Below are positions 46,118 through 55,990 of a stretch of DNA of 64,000 bases, one piece after another. Within the stretch, counting starts at the first letter, position 1. Each line of letters starts with the position of its first letter. The DNA lies in the NCBI GenBank assembly GCA_965246885.1, contig OZ251992.1, positions 2,528,001 to 2,592,000 of the forward strand, read 5' to 3'. Under the pieces are notes generated by a model. The model worked only from the letters and a program-made list of their open reading frames with translations. It searched no databases and was not told the DNA's origin. Source of the stretch: Abditibacterium sp. (lineage in GTDB: Bacteria; Armatimonadota; Abditibacteriia; Abditibacteriales; Abditibacteriaceae). Made by a program: the position numbers and the translations under genes.

Positions 46118-47887
46118 CTACTCCACCAACGCGCCATACCGCTCCGCGACCACCTTGCGCTTGATTTTCAGCGTCGGCGTCAGTTCGCCGTTGGCTTGGG
46201 TAAACGGCTCGGAGAGGACGACGAACTTGCGGATTTTCTCGAAGTCGGCGAGGTTTTTGGTGCGCGCGTCTATCTCGGCGCGCAGCAGTTTCTGCGTCGC
46301 GGGGTGCGCGGCGAGCGCGGCGTCGTCGGGTTTGTTGGGCAGGTTCAACGCCTCGCGCAACGCGGGAAAGGCGGGCACGATGAGGGCGGAGACGGCTTTG
46401 GCTTTGTCGCCCAGCAGCACCACTTGCGCGACCAAGCGGCTTTCCATGAGCGCGAGTTCAATCGGTTGCGGCGCGACATTCTTCCCGTTGCCAAGCACCA
46501 GTAAGTCCTTTTTGCGGTCGGTGATGCGCAAGCATCCATCGGCGTCAAGGGTGCCGATGTCGCCGGTGTGGAACCAGTTGTCGCCATCCAGCACCTCGCG
46601 CGTGGCGTCGGGCCGGTTCCAATAGCCCTTCATGATGGTGGCGCCGCGCGCCAGAATCTCGCCGTCGTCGGCAATCTTCACCTCGACTCCGGGGAGCGGC
46701 GGGCCGACCGTGCCAAGGCGCGGGCGAAACGGCAAGTTGACGGCGATGACGGGCGCAGTCTCGGTCAGGCCGTAGCCTTCTAAGACTTCCAAACCCACGC
46801 CCAGAAAGAGCGCGCCCATTTCCGGCGCCATCGGCGCGCCGCCGGAAATGAAGTGCTTGAGCCGCCCGCCGAAGCGGTCGCGCACTTTGGCATACACGGC
46901 GCGGTCGTAGAGGGCGAACTTGATTCGCTCAATGAGATTGAGGGACGGCGCGCCGGGGAAGGCGCCCTTCTTGAGTCCGGCCTTGCGCGCGAGCGCGAGG
47001 GCGGCCTCGAACTGCGCGCGCTTCTTGGCGGGCAAGGCGTCGCCGAAACTTTCGAGGGTCTCGCGCGTGGATTCGAGCAGGCGCGGCACGCACGCCATCA
47101 GGGTGGGGCGCACTTCGGCGAGGTTCTTGTTGAGCGTGCGCAGCGATTCGGCGTAAGCCACGCTCGCGCCCAAACGAAGCGGCAGGAAGTGTCCGGCAGT
47201 GCGCTCATACACGTGCGCGAGCGGTAGGAAGGAAAGGAACACATCGTCGGGGCCAAGGTGCGGGCCAATTTTGAGGATGCCCTCGACATCGGCGATGAGG
47301 TTCTTGTGCTGGAGCATGACGCCCTTGGGCGGGCCGGTCGTGCCGGATGTGTAGATGATGGTCGCCACATCGTTGGGCAGGGCGGCGGGCCATGTGGACT
47401 CGTACAGTCCGGGGTGCTCTTCCCAATAGGCCGCGCCCTTCTTCTCCAGTTCTGGGAAGGCGGCGAAGTCCCACACCAGTTCGAGGGCGGGAAGCGCCGC
47501 GCGGATTTCGGCGATCTTGGCGGCTTGTTTGTCGTCGGACACGACGACAAGCCGCGCGCCGCAGTCAGCGAGGATGGTCTCGATTTGGCCTGCGGGCAAG
47601 GTCGCGTAGATGGGCACGGAGATTAGCCCTCCCATTTGGCAGGCGAGGTCGCACAGCGCCCACTCGATGCGGCTGTCGCCCAGAATCGCCACGCGCTCGC
47701 CGCGCGCCAGTCCGGCGTCCAAGAGCGCCCCGCACAAGTTCTGCACCCGCGCGGCGATGGCGGCGAAGGTGTGGAACTCGTAGGCCTTGCCGTTTTTCTC
47801 GCCCAGATACGGGCGCGCGGCGAAGGCAACAAAGGAACGCTGGGCGAGTTCCGCGAGGGTGGCGGGCGGCTTGGAAGGGTCGAACAC
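46118..47887 (-). CDS. Long-chain fatty acid--CoA ligase (AMP-binding)
   Basis: IIYTSGTTGPPKGV, SFLPLAHVYER, EGYGLTET, WFHTGDIG, ITDRKKD, GKNVAPQPIE, ELTPTLKIKR. Confidence 0.95.
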   Translation of the reverse strand: MFDPSKPPATLAELAQRSFVAFAARPYLGEKNGKAYEFHTFAAIAARVQNLCGALLDAGLARGERVAILGDSRIEWALCDLACQMGGLISVPIYATLPAGQIETILADCGARLVVVSDDKQAAKIAEIRAALPALELVWDFAAFPELEKKGAAYWEEHPGLYESTWPAALPNDVATIIYTSGTTGPPKGVMLQHKNLIADVEGILKIGPHLGPDDVFLSFLPLAHVYERTAGHFLPLRLGASVAYAESLRTLNKNLAEVRPTLMACVPRLLESTRETLESFGDALPAKKRAQFEAALALARKAGLKKGAFPGAPSLNLIERIKFALYDRAVYAKVRDRFGGRLKHFISGGAPMAPEMGALFLGVGLEVLEGYGLTETAPVIAVNLPFRPRLGTVGPPLPGVEVKIADDGEILARGATIMKGYWNRPDATREVLDGDNWFHTGDIGTLDADGCLRITDRKKDLLVLGNGKNVAPQPIELALMESRLVAQVVLLGDKAKAVSALIVPAFPALREALNLPNKPDDAALAAHPATQKLLRAEIDARTKNLADFEKIRKFVVLSEPFTQANGELTPTLKIKRKVVAERYGALVE

Positions 47888-47908
47888 GCGCTTTATTTTA
47901 GCGCAGGC

Positions 47909-48556
47909 TCAGCGCTTGAGCGAGACGCGCACATCGTGGCCAGCGTGGGCCGACCAGTTTTTCAGCGTAAAAACGAGGTCTTTGAGCTTGGTGTCCGGCG
48001 GCACCGCGAAGAGGACAGTCATGTTCTCGGCGGAACCGGGCAATAGCGGCTTAGTCACCCAATCGCCCTTGGTTTGCATATCGTAAACAATGGGCGCGTA
48101 GGAGTTGGCGTCGAAGTCCGTCAGCGCCGTCTTGGGGTCGTCCGAGTAGCAGTCCAACTGCTCGACCTTGTTCTGCTGCCTGTTCTTGACTTGGCACTTG
48201 ACCGCGATGAACGTGTATCCGGCCTTGGGTGTGAAGGTGTGCAGGGTGCCGTCAGTTTCGGCGGCGGCATGATACTTGGCGAAGTCCTGCTCGCTGTTGG
48301 GGACTTTCAAGGTGTAGGTGGCCACCTGCTGCACATCCAGCACTTGAAAGCTCCACTTGCCATCGAAGAGAACCTGCCCGATCTTGCCGTTCAGCCCTTC
48401 CACTTGATTGGCGCCCCCCGCCGGTTTCTTGGTGGGTTTGGGCTTGGCCTTGTTAGTGGCTTTGGCGTAGGTCGGCGCCGCGTGGCCGGTGAGGGCCATG
48501 CTCAGGGCCAGAAGCCACAGAAGGTGTGTGCGGTATGGATGTGTCTTGATTTGCAT
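47909..48556 (-). CDS. Secreted Ig-like (DUF4352-like) protein
   Basis: Signal peptide (LLWLLALSMALTGHA); FIAVKCQVKN...LTDFDANSY...LLPG....VLFAVP pattern. Start at ATG 48556. Confidence 0.6.
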   Translation of the reverse strand: MQIKTHPYRTHLLWLLALSMALTGHAAPTYAKATNKAKPKPTKKPAGGANQVEGLNGKIGQVLFDGKWSFQVLDVQQVATYTLKVPNSEQDFAKYHAAAETDGTLHTFTPKAGYTFIAVKCQVKNRQQNKVEQLDCYSDDPKTALTDFDANSYAPIVYDMQTKGDWVTKPLLPGSAENMTVLFAVPPDTKLKDLVFTLKNWSAHAGHDVRVSLKR

Positions 48557-48573
48557 TGTTTTTCCTTGTTCGA

Positions 48574-49896
48574 TCAGGGGCGGCCCTGCCGGATGTTGTC
48601 GCGGATATACATGAAGTAGGGATCGTTGGAATCCATCGGCGTCTGGTCTTGAGCGCGCATTCCGGCAAACCATTGATCCACAATCGCGCCCTGCTGCTCG
48701 GTTCCAAACTCTCCCCATGGGCGACCGGGCGGGCCGTAGGCATAGGCGCTGCCGCCGAATGAATCGTGCCCTTGGGTCACCACGTCTTCACAGAGGAGAC
48801 CGGGCAAGAACGTCCTGTTCTGGATCTGCCACGCATGAGTCAGTTCGTGAATCAACACCTGCCCGCGCTTGGGATAACCTTTGATGGCACGCATTGGGTC
48901 GTTGAAGGAAGGGCCAATGTTGAGGTAGATGTTCTTGTTGTCGATGCCGGGAAAAGTAAAGTAGCGCCCGCCGAGTCCGGCCATGTTCGTTAGCCAGATT
49001 CTTTCCCTCGGCGGCAGCGAGCCGCCGAAAACTGTCGCGGCGAAGGCGTATTCGTCGCCGTGCATCTGGCGTTGCTGGATCATCGCATTGGTCACGGCGC
49101 CGACGGTCGCTCCGACTGGCAAGGCCAAAGCTAACGTTCCGCCCGACGCGAAAACCACGACTCCCGCGAGCAAGCCGAACTCGCTGCCCAGCCCCAGATC
49201 GCCAAAGACCTGACCCATTTCTCTGCCCAATCCAATGACGACGCCTAGCCCAGCGCCTATCGTGTGCGTTCCGATGTCCAGCACGAACGAGGCGACATCT
49301 TGAACGGCGCCAATCACGCCCGTCGGCTTGTATTCCTTGGTCACGGCGAAACTGCCCGCCTTCACATCCGGCCAGAAGTCCTTGATGAACGGATGCGAGC
49401 CGCTGATGATATGGTTATCGCTGCGGTTCTTATTGCCCACGATATGGCCCTCGACATGACCGCTTTGCTGTGCCACGAAAGCCAAACCGTTGGCGGCGGT
49501 GAAGATGGCGCGCACTTGATAATCGTAGTCGGCGGCGCCACTGTCGTGCAGATGGAAGTGCGCCTCGTAGGTGCCGTCGCTGCGGAGCTTCAGGTCGACC
49601 CAGCCGCCGAGCGCGGTTCCCGTTGGAGTCGAGACGATGCCGTGAAAGTGGACTTCTTCGAGTGGTGCGGCGACGGCGGGCGGCGGAGCGTCCAGCACGC
49701 CGATGAGGGCGGTTAGAGAAATGGGATCCGCCATGCCGAAGCGACGGGCGAGGGCGCGAACGCTCACGATCCCGCCGTTACCGGGCCTTGGTATTCCAAT
49801 AATGGGGCGAGGGAGGGGTATTCCAATGATGTTGCGGGGCCTTGGCCGCACGGGGTTGGCACTCGCGGTGCGGGCGGCTTCGCGCAGACTTTTCAT
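48574..49896 (-). CDS. Protein with a central hydrophobic Gly-rich hairpin and a C-terminal zincin-like (HExxH) metallopeptidase domain
   Basis: LIHELTHAWQ followed by FGTEQQGAIV; central GAGLGVVIGLG...GLLAGVVVFASGGTLALALPVGATVGAV. Confidence 0.7.
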   Translation of the reverse strand: MKSLREAARTASANPVRPRPRNIIGIPLPRPIIGIPRPGNGGIVSVRALARRFGMADPISLTALIGVLDAPPPAVAAPLEEVHFHGIVSTPTGTALGGWVDLKLRSDGTYEAHFHLHDSGAADYDYQVRAIFTAANGLAFVAQQSGHVEGHIVGNKNRSDNHIISGSHPFIKDFWPDVKAGSFAVTKEYKPTGVIGAVQDVASFVLDIGTHTIGAGLGVVIGLGREMGQVFGDLGLGSEFGLLAGVVVFASGGTLALALPVGATVGAVTNAMIQQRQMHGDEYAFAATVFGGSLPPRERIWLTNMAGLGGRYFTFPGIDNKNIYLNIGPSFNDPMRAIKGYPKRGQVLIHELTHAWQIQNRTFLPGLLCEDVVTQGHDSFGGSAYAYGPPGRPWGEFGTEQQGAIVDQWFAGMRAQDQTPMDSNDPYFMYIRDNIRQGRP

Positions 49897-49934
49897 AGTG
49901 ATTTTCCTTATGGCCGATTCAACCGGCCAAGTCG

Positions 49935-51137
49935 TTACTGCAAAGAAACCAGAATGGGGATAAGCCCCTGACCGTCGGGCAAACCGCGCAAGGCTTTCCC
50001 GACGACGGCACCGAAGGCTTGAACCGGATCACCGGCTTTCATGGCGTGTCCGGGCGTGTCGGAGGTCGTGAGCAAGTCGCCCGCTTCGATGGCGCCGTAG
50101 CGCGCGTCGGCTTTGCAAAAGACCTTACCCATCAAGGCGACGGGCTTGCGCGGGCGTCCTGTCGGCCTCTTGTCGAGAATCAGCCCCGGTTTGTAGTCGC
50201 CCGCGCCGGAAATGACGCCCGCCACGCGCTTGTCATACGCTTTCTGGCTCAGTTGCAGCGCGCCCTCATCGCACAGCACCATGACCGTGCCCGCCTCGAT
50301 GGTTTCGGCGTCCACGATGTCGAAATCTTCGGCGCAGTCGGCGTTGAGCAAGCGAATGTCGCCCGTCACTTCCACATCGCCGTCGAAAAAACCGGCCCTG
50401 CCACCCTTCCCGCTTTCAGCGTGGAGCGCAGTCCCGGTGTCGCTGTGAGCCAACACTCCGGTATGATCGACGCTAGTCCCCAAAACTCCTATGCCATTGC
50501 CAGCGATCCCACGCACACCGGCGCCTGTTTTTGAGAAGCCGTAAACGCCCGTTTTCGTGTCACTGTCGCCCTTAACGCCAGCACCGTTGGCACTGATTCC
50601 ATATATGCCGATGCCGCGACCAGTGGATGCGGTGATTATTCCTATTTTGTGATTTCCGGCCATATATTCATCTGTAAGATTGGCGAGATCAACAAAGATT
50701 GGGGTAGAAGTTCCAGTTGCTTGTTGTAAATGTTCCTGTTGCGCCCGCGCCACTTTGCTAAGCGGCGTGATGGCGGGCAACAGCAACATCAATCCGCCCG
50801 CCATGACCATCTTCTGAATCATCGCGCGGCGCGAATCGTCGCCCGCACCGACCGGGCGCTCTACCGGGCTACTGAGCAAGCGCGCTTTGTCGAGGGTGTC
50901 CAGCGACAGCCAGACCAACTCCTCGTCCAAGGGCTGTTGCAATTCTTCCGACAACAAGCGCGTGGTCTCGGCGATGGTTTGCTCCCCGTCGCAACGACGC
51001 CACACCCACGCCGCCGTCGCGTTGAGACGGTGCGCGCAGAAGTGCTTGGCATCGTAAACCAGCAACCCCTCATCCAGTTGCTCCATGAACAACTCGTCCT
51101 GCCGCGCTTGCGGCAACTTCCCGATTTCGTTTTTCAT
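49935..51137 (-). CDS. PqqD/RRE-like domain fused to Gly-rich beta-repeats and a fibre-type chaperone-like C-terminal domain
   Basis: N-terminal LLVYD...AHRLNATAAWVWRRCDG...LVWLSLDTL...LL; SRRAMIQK plus hydrophobic stretch; repeats G.GV.G.S; C-terminal ADCAEDF...GTVMVL...VAGVISG...VALMGKV.CK...GDLLTTSDTPGHAMKA. Confidence 0.7.
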   Translation of the reverse strand: MKNEIGKLPQARQDELFMEQLDEGLLVYDAKHFCAHRLNATAAWVWRRCDGEQTIAETTRLLSEELQQPLDEELVWLSLDTLDKARLLSSPVERPVGAGDDSRRAMIQKMVMAGGLMLLLPAITPLSKVARAQQEHLQQATGTSTPIFVDLANLTDEYMAGNHKIGIITASTGRGIGIYGISANGAGVKGDSDTKTGVYGFSKTGAGVRGIAGNGIGVLGTSVDHTGVLAHSDTGTALHAESGKGGRAGFFDGDVEVTGDIRLLNADCAEDFDIVDAETIEAGTVMVLCDEGALQLSQKAYDKRVAGVISGAGDYKPGLILDKRPTGRPRKPVALMGKVFCKADARYGAIEAGDLLTTSDTPGHAMKAGDPVQAFGAVVGKALRGLPDGQGLIPILVSLQ

Positions 51138-51221
51138 AGCGACTCTACAAAATTGAACTACGCGCGTTATTCTACTCCATTTTCTTATCTCAGTGCAAGA
51201 GGATAAAAAAGGGGCGTCCCC

Positions 51222-52637
51222 TCACAGCACCGTCAGGTATCTGTCCAACTCGTATTGATGCACTTGCGCGCGGTAGGCTTCCCATTCGAGCTTCTTGTTC
51301 GCCAGAAATTTGTCGAACAGGTGGTCGCCTAAGACGCGGCGGGCGAGTTCCGATTCCTTGGCGGCGGCGATAGCTTCATTAAGGTCGGAAGGCAACACCT
51401 GCGCGGTGTCGGTCATTTCGGCGGGCAGTTCGTAGCCGTTCTTGATGCCTTCCAAACCCGCCGCGAGGAGAAGCGCGAAGACGAGGTAGGGGTTGCATGC
51501 GGCGTCGGGGGAGCGCAGTTCGACGCGGCGCGAGCTTTCCCGACCCGGCTTGAAACTGGGCACGCGCACCAGATCGGCACGGTTCTTTTGCGCCCACGTC
51601 ACGCGGGTGGGCGCTTCAAAGCCGGGGACGATGCGCTTGTAGGAGTTGACCCACTGGTTGGTAAACAGCGTCAGTTCGCGGGCGTGGCGGAGCAGTCCGG
51701 CAGTGAAGCCACGTGCGAGGGGAGACAAAGAGTCAGGGTCTTTGGCGTCGTAAAAGGCGTTCTTGCCCTTTTTGAACAGGCTCATGTTGATGTGCATCCC
51801 CGACCCGTTGTGGCCCGCCAAGGGCTTGGGCATGAAGGTGGCGAAGCAGCCGTTTTCGGCGGCGATTTCTTTGACGACGAGCCGGAAGGTCATCATGTTG
51901 TCGGCCATCGTGAGCGCGTCGGTATAACGCAGGTCTATTTCGTGTTGCGAGGGCGCGGCTTCGTGGTGGCTCGATTCGACGCCGATGTCCATCTTCTCTA
52001 AGGTGAGCGCGGTTTTGCGGCGCAGGGGCGAGGCGACATCGCTCGAAGTGAGGTCGAAGTAGCCGCCTTGGTCGAGGGGCATGGGTTTGACGACGGCGCC
52101 ATCTTCGATGGATTTGAAGTAGAAGAACTCGACTTCCGGCCCGACGTAAAAGGTGTAGCCGAGCGCGGCGGCGTCGCGCAGTTGGCGCTGGAGGATGTGG
52201 CGCGGGTCGGTGTCGGCGGGCGTGCCATCGGGCAAGCGGATGTCGCAAAAGATGCGCGCGACGGCGCCTTCGGCTGAGCCAAACGGCAGAAGGGTAAAGG
52301 TGTTGGGGTCGGGGAAGGCGATCATGTCGCTTTCGTCCTCGCGGGCGAAGCCCTCGATGGCGGCGCCGTCGAAAGTGACGCCTTCTTCGAGGGCGGTTTC
52401 CAATTCTTCGGCGATGATGGCGACGCTTTTGAGGGTGCCAAGGATGTCGGTGAACCACAAGCGCACGAATTTCACGTCGCGCTCTTGGGCGACGCGTAAG
52501 ACGTATTCGATGTTTTTGTGGTCGTCTTTGCCGGAGTTTCTGGGAGGGCGCATGGGTGGGACGGAATCGGCTTCGGGCGCGGACAGCGCGTCGGAAGCGG
52601 CGGAATCGGGAGAGAGTTCGGAGTAATCGGGCGACAT
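51222..52637 (-). CDS. glnA: Glutamine synthetase type I
   Basis: FTDILGTLK, FDGAAIEGFAR..ESDM, GPEVEFF, HHEAAPSQHEID, ATFMPKP, NGSGMH, NSYKRIVPGFEAP, RVELRSPD. Confidence 0.97.
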   Translation of the reverse strand: MSPDYSELSPDSAASDALSAPEADSVPPMRPPRNSGKDDHKNIEYVLRVAQERDVKFVRLWFTDILGTLKSVAIIAEELETALEEGVTFDGAAIEGFAREDESDMIAFPDPNTFTLLPFGSAEGAVARIFCDIRLPDGTPADTDPRHILQRQLRDAAALGYTFYVGPEVEFFYFKSIEDGAVVKPMPLDQGGYFDLTSSDVASPLRRKTALTLEKMDIGVESSHHEAAPSQHEIDLRYTDALTMADNMMTFRLVVKEIAAENGCFATFMPKPLAGHNGSGMHINMSLFKKGKNAFYDAKDPDSLSPLARGFTAGLLRHARELTLFTNQWVNSYKRIVPGFEAPTRVTWAQKNRADLVRVPSFKPGRESSRRVELRSPDAACNPYLVFALLLAAGLEGIKNGYELPAEMTDTAQVLPSDLNEAIAAAKESELARRVLGDHLFDKFLANKKLEWEAYRAQVHQYELDRYLTVL

Positions 52638-52653
52638 GGCGCCTTCATAGACG

Positions 52654-52701
52654 AAAATTGGCGGGCCGGTTGCCCCATCGGGGAAGCCGACCCGCCAATT
52701 T
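52654..52701 (-). terminator. Stem-loop between the beta-barrel gene and glnA (terminator or RNA-stability element)
   Basis: Inverted repeat aaattggcggg...cccgccaattt, followed by TTTT on the minus strand. Confidence 0.55.
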
Positions 52702-52724
52702 GCTTGGTCGGGGCGCGGAGCGCG

Positions 52725-53588
52725 TTATGGGGTGGCGGGCACGGGCGCGGGGCCGCCGTTGCTGGCGGGCGTCTTGGCGTCGCCACCCGTCGCAGGCGCC
52801 GGGTTGGAGTTACCCGCCGAGGGCGCGGCGCGGTTGAAGTCGAAGTTGTAGGCGAAAGCCAAATAAATCTGGTCTTTCACTGCCGCTTGACGGTTGTTCA
52901 AGCGGAAGTAACCCAAGCCAAACGAGGCTTTGTCGTTTACGCTGTAGTAAATGGTCGGCTGAATGCCCGCAAAGCCGCTCTTACCCGAATAATAGTCGGT
53001 GACGAACTGCAATTTGGGCGTGATCAAGCGGTCGTAGCCCAACTGCAGCGACGACCGACCCGGAGCAGTCGTCACGCCCGCCGCGCTGGTGGTGTTGAAC
53101 AACCCTTTGGTTAATCCGTAAGCGTAGCCAAGGTGAAAGCGCCCGATTTTGTTGACGTTCTTCGAGCCGAGCAGGTACACGTAGTTCGGGTTGGCGGACG
53201 AACTGCCCAAATCCCAGCCGCCCGCAACCACGCGAATTTGCTGCTTGTCATCGTTGAACAGCTGCGTTTTGGCGTTGAAGAAGATGCGGTTGGTGAATTT
53301 GATAGCGCCAGCCGACGAGAAGTTGTAGTCGTAGCCGACCTCAGAGCGCCCCAACACGCCCGTTTTGTCGGGGCCGATGCCGTAGGTAAGGCCCTGCGTG
53401 GGCAACACTTCGGTTTTGAAGTTGGTGCTACCATAGGAGTCCACGTCAACGTGGATGTTGCCCTTGGAGTAGATGTCAGTCGAAGGGTAGGCGCCCAGCG
53501 ACGACGGCAGAGCATGCGCGGGGCGCGACGCGAGAGTGGTGGCGCCAACGGCCACGAGGCCCAAGGCCAAAAGTTGTGTGTTTTTCAT
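52725..53588 (-). CDS. Secreted protein, probable outer-membrane beta-barrel
   Basis: Signal peptide MKNTQLLALGLVAVGATTLASRPAHA; alternating aromatic beta-strands ending YLAFAYNF, then a short Pro/Ala tail. Start at ATG 53588. Confidence 0.65.
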   Translation of the reverse strand: MKNTQLLALGLVAVGATTLASRPAHALPSSLGAYPSTDIYSKGNIHVDVDSYGSTNFKTEVLPTQGLTYGIGPDKTGVLGRSEVGYDYNFSSAGAIKFTNRIFFNAKTQLFNDDKQQIRVVAGGWDLGSSSANPNYVYLLGSKNVNKIGRFHLGYAYGLTKGLFNTTSAAGVTTAPGRSSLQLGYDRLITPKLQFVTDYYSGKSGFAGIQPTIYYSVNDKASFGLGYFRLNNRQAAVKDQIYLAFAYNFDFNRAAPSAGNSNPAPATGGDAKTPASNGGPAPVPATP

Positions 53589-53846
53589 CGGTGAAAGAAA
53601 CCGGGAGCGCCCGCCTCGCCCGTTGCCCTCGTCATTCATGCTTCCGAAGGAAACTCGCGGTGTGTCCATGTTGCCACCACAAGCGGTTGGGATGCTGCGA
53701 ACAAAGAAAGCGAAGCGCGCGGCGGTGCGACGCAAGCGAATTTAGCCGCCGATTGTTTCAAACATATTAACCTCGCGTAAAGAGTGCGCAGCGAACGCGT
53801 ATAAACCGCGCGACGCGCCCCGCCGGAAGCGTCAAACTGCCCCGTT

Positions 53847-54602
53847 ATGTCCGTTGAACCACTTGCTGCATTGCTCGAATTATCGCACGAACTGGGGCGC
53901 GAGGAACGCCGCTTCGCCATTTTGGGCGAGGGCAACACCTCCTGCGACATGGAAAACGGCCTCTTCGCCGTCAAAGCCTCCGGCTCGTCGCTTGGCACCC
54001 TCAACCGCGCGGGCGTCGCCATCTGCCACGTCGCGCCGGTGCTCGATTTGTTCGCCACTCCCGACGCAAGCGACGACGACATTGAGCGCACCCTGCTCGA
54101 TTCGCGCGAGTCCGACGCCGAGCGCAAACCCTCGACCGAAGCCCTCTTCCACGCTTATTTATTGTCGCTCGACGGCGTGAGTTACGTTGGTCACACCCAT
54201 CCCGAAGCCGTCAACGCCCTGCTCGCCTCGCCCCACGCCGCCGACTACGCCGCCAAGCGTTTGTTCCCCGATCAAGTCGTCTGCTGTGGCACCCATTCGC
54301 CGCTCGTGCCCTACGTCCACCCCGGCGTCCCGCTCGCCCTCGCCATCAAGAGCGCCGTCGAAGCCCATCTTCAAAAGTTCGGCGAAGTCCCGCGCTTGGT
54401 GCTCCTGCGCAATCACGGCCTCATCGCCTTGGGAAAAACCCCCGCCGCCGTCCTCGCCGCCACCCTCATGGCCGAAAAAGCCGCCCGCATCTTCCTCGGC
54501 GCAGCCAGCGTCGGCGGCCCCGTCTTCATGGACGACGCCAACGTCGCCCGCATCGCAGGCTGGAACGCCGAACACTATCGGCAGAAGGTGTTGGGGCTGT
54601 GA
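53847..54602 (+). CDS. Class II aldolase/adducin family protein
   Basis: GEGNTS, VKASG, KPSTEALFH, VGHTHP, LLRNHGLIALG. Confidence 0.9.
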   Translation: MSVEPLAALLELSHELGREERRFAILGEGNTSCDMENGLFAVKASGSSLGTLNRAGVAICHVAPVLDLFATPDASDDDIERTLLDSRESDAERKPSTEALFHAYLLSLDGVSYVGHTHPEAVNALLASPHAADYAAKRLFPDQVVCCGTHSPLVPYVHPGVPLALAIKSAVEAHLQKFGEVPRLVLLRNHGLIALGKTPAAVLAATLMAEKAARIFLGAASVGGPVFMDDANVARIAGWNAEHYRQKVLGL

Positions 54603-54622
54603 ACCTTTTGGGGCCTTTCTCA

Positions 54623-54766
54623 AGTTCACCTCAGGCCCAGCGACTGAAGTCGCGGCAACATACAGCAAAACCTCCCTGCGGAGGCTTTCGCTTTCGGAGT
54701 GCAGTCGGCGTAGGCCGACTTTGCTGTATGTTGCCGCGACTTCAGTCGCTGGGCCTGAGGTGAACT
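54623..54766. repeat. Large inverted-repeat element (REP/MITE-like) between convergent genes
   Basis: 47-bp arms agttcacctcaggcccagcgactgaagtcgcggcaacatacagcaaa (54623-54669) and its exact reverse complement (54720-54766), with two small internal hairpins. Confidence 0.85.
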
Positions 54767-55984
54767 CTACTGAAAGCGCAACGCTTCTATCGGGTCGAGT
54801 TCTGCGGCTTTGGAGGCGGGATACAGGCCGAAGAAGATGCCAATCGCGGCGCTGACGAGGAAGCCCGTGAGCGCCCAACCGGGAGAGACGGCGGCGGGGA
54901 AGCCGAAGGCCCAGTTGACGAGCGCCGAAAGAATGACCCCGGTGATGATGGCGCCTACCCCGCCGATGAGCGAAAGTGTCGTGGCTTCGACCAGAAACTG
55001 GAGCTTGATGTCCCGCTTGCGGGCGCCTAACGCTTTGCGGATACCGATTTCCCGCGTGCGCTCCGTGACCGACACCAGCATGATGTTCATGATGCCAATG
55101 CCGCCCACGAGCAGGGCGATGGCGGCTATGCCCGATAGCAAACTTGTCAGCAACACCGACACTTTGCCGCCCAAGCTCATTAACTGTTGCTGCGTCAGCA
55201 CCTGAAAGTCGTCTTTGTCCGTCCGTTTGAGGCGGTGATTGGCGCGCAACACCTTGGTGATTTGCGCTTTCGCGGCGTCGGCGGCGCCTTCGGAGCGCAG
55301 TTGCCCATGAATCTCCGACAAGTCGCGCGCCCCGAAGACTGTGCGCATCCCCGTCAAGAGCGGCACGAAAGCGTAGCCGTCGAGGTCTTCAAACAGCGCG
55401 GCGCCCTTGGGTTTGAGGACGCCAATGACCCGAAAGCCGATGCCCGCGAGCCGAATTTGGCGCCCGACCATCGCCCGCGCGTCCACGTTTTTCCCGAACA
55501 GCTTGGTGCCCAGCTTCGCGCCCAGCACCACCACTTTGCGCCGCGCCGTGACATCGCGCATGGTGTAGAGTTTTCCGGCACCGATGGACAAATCGCGGAT
55601 GGCGAAGTAGTCGGGAATCGAATTATTGACCTGCGCTTGCGTCCCTTTGCGCCCCGCTTTGACGCGCGCGTTTCCGGTGAAGCCCGGCGCGACACGCAGC
55701 AACGCAGGGCACCCTTTGGCCAAATCCTGCGCGTCCTTGAGCGACAGCTTCGGCGGGTCGCCCGCCGCTTTGCCCTCGGTGTCTTGCGAAGAGAAGATGA
55801 CGACGGTGTTCGAGCCGAGCGTCTGGATGGTCTGCAAAATCTTCGTGCGCGAGCCTTGGCCAATGGCCGTCCCCAAAATCACCGCGAGGACGCCGATGAA
55901 GATGCCCAGCACCGTCAAACTCGCGCGCAACTTGTTGGACATGATGCCGCGCAGGGCGATGGAGAAGTTCTCAAGCAGTGGCAT
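54767..55984 (-). CDS. MacB/FtsX-type ABC transporter permease
   Basis: NKLRASLTVLGIFIGV; LLVGGIGIMNIMLVSVTERTREIGIRKALGA; GLYPA.KAA.LDPIEALR. Confidence 0.95.
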   Translation of the reverse strand: MPLLENFSIALRGIMSNKLRASLTVLGIFIGVLAVILGTAIGQGSRTKILQTIQTLGSNTVVIFSSQDTEGKAAGDPPKLSLKDAQDLAKGCPALLRVAPGFTGNARVKAGRKGTQAQVNNSIPDYFAIRDLSIGAGKLYTMRDVTARRKVVVLGAKLGTKLFGKNVDARAMVGRQIRLAGIGFRVIGVLKPKGAALFEDLDGYAFVPLLTGMRTVFGARDLSEIHGQLRSEGAADAAKAQITKVLRANHRLKRTDKDDFQVLTQQQLMSLGGKVSVLLTSLLSGIAAIALLVGGIGIMNIMLVSVTERTREIGIRKALGARKRDIKLQFLVEATTLSLIGGVGAIITGVILSALVNWAFGFPAAVSPGWALTGFLVSAAIGIFFGLYPASKAAELDPIEALRFQ

Positions 55985-55990
55985 GGTGCG

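Noticed and set aside
52638..53846. Glutamine (glnA) riboswitch or nitrogen-regulator site near glnA
   Set aside because: I could not match the riboswitch consensus; only a hairpin and a weak palindrome (attgtttcaaacatat) are visible.
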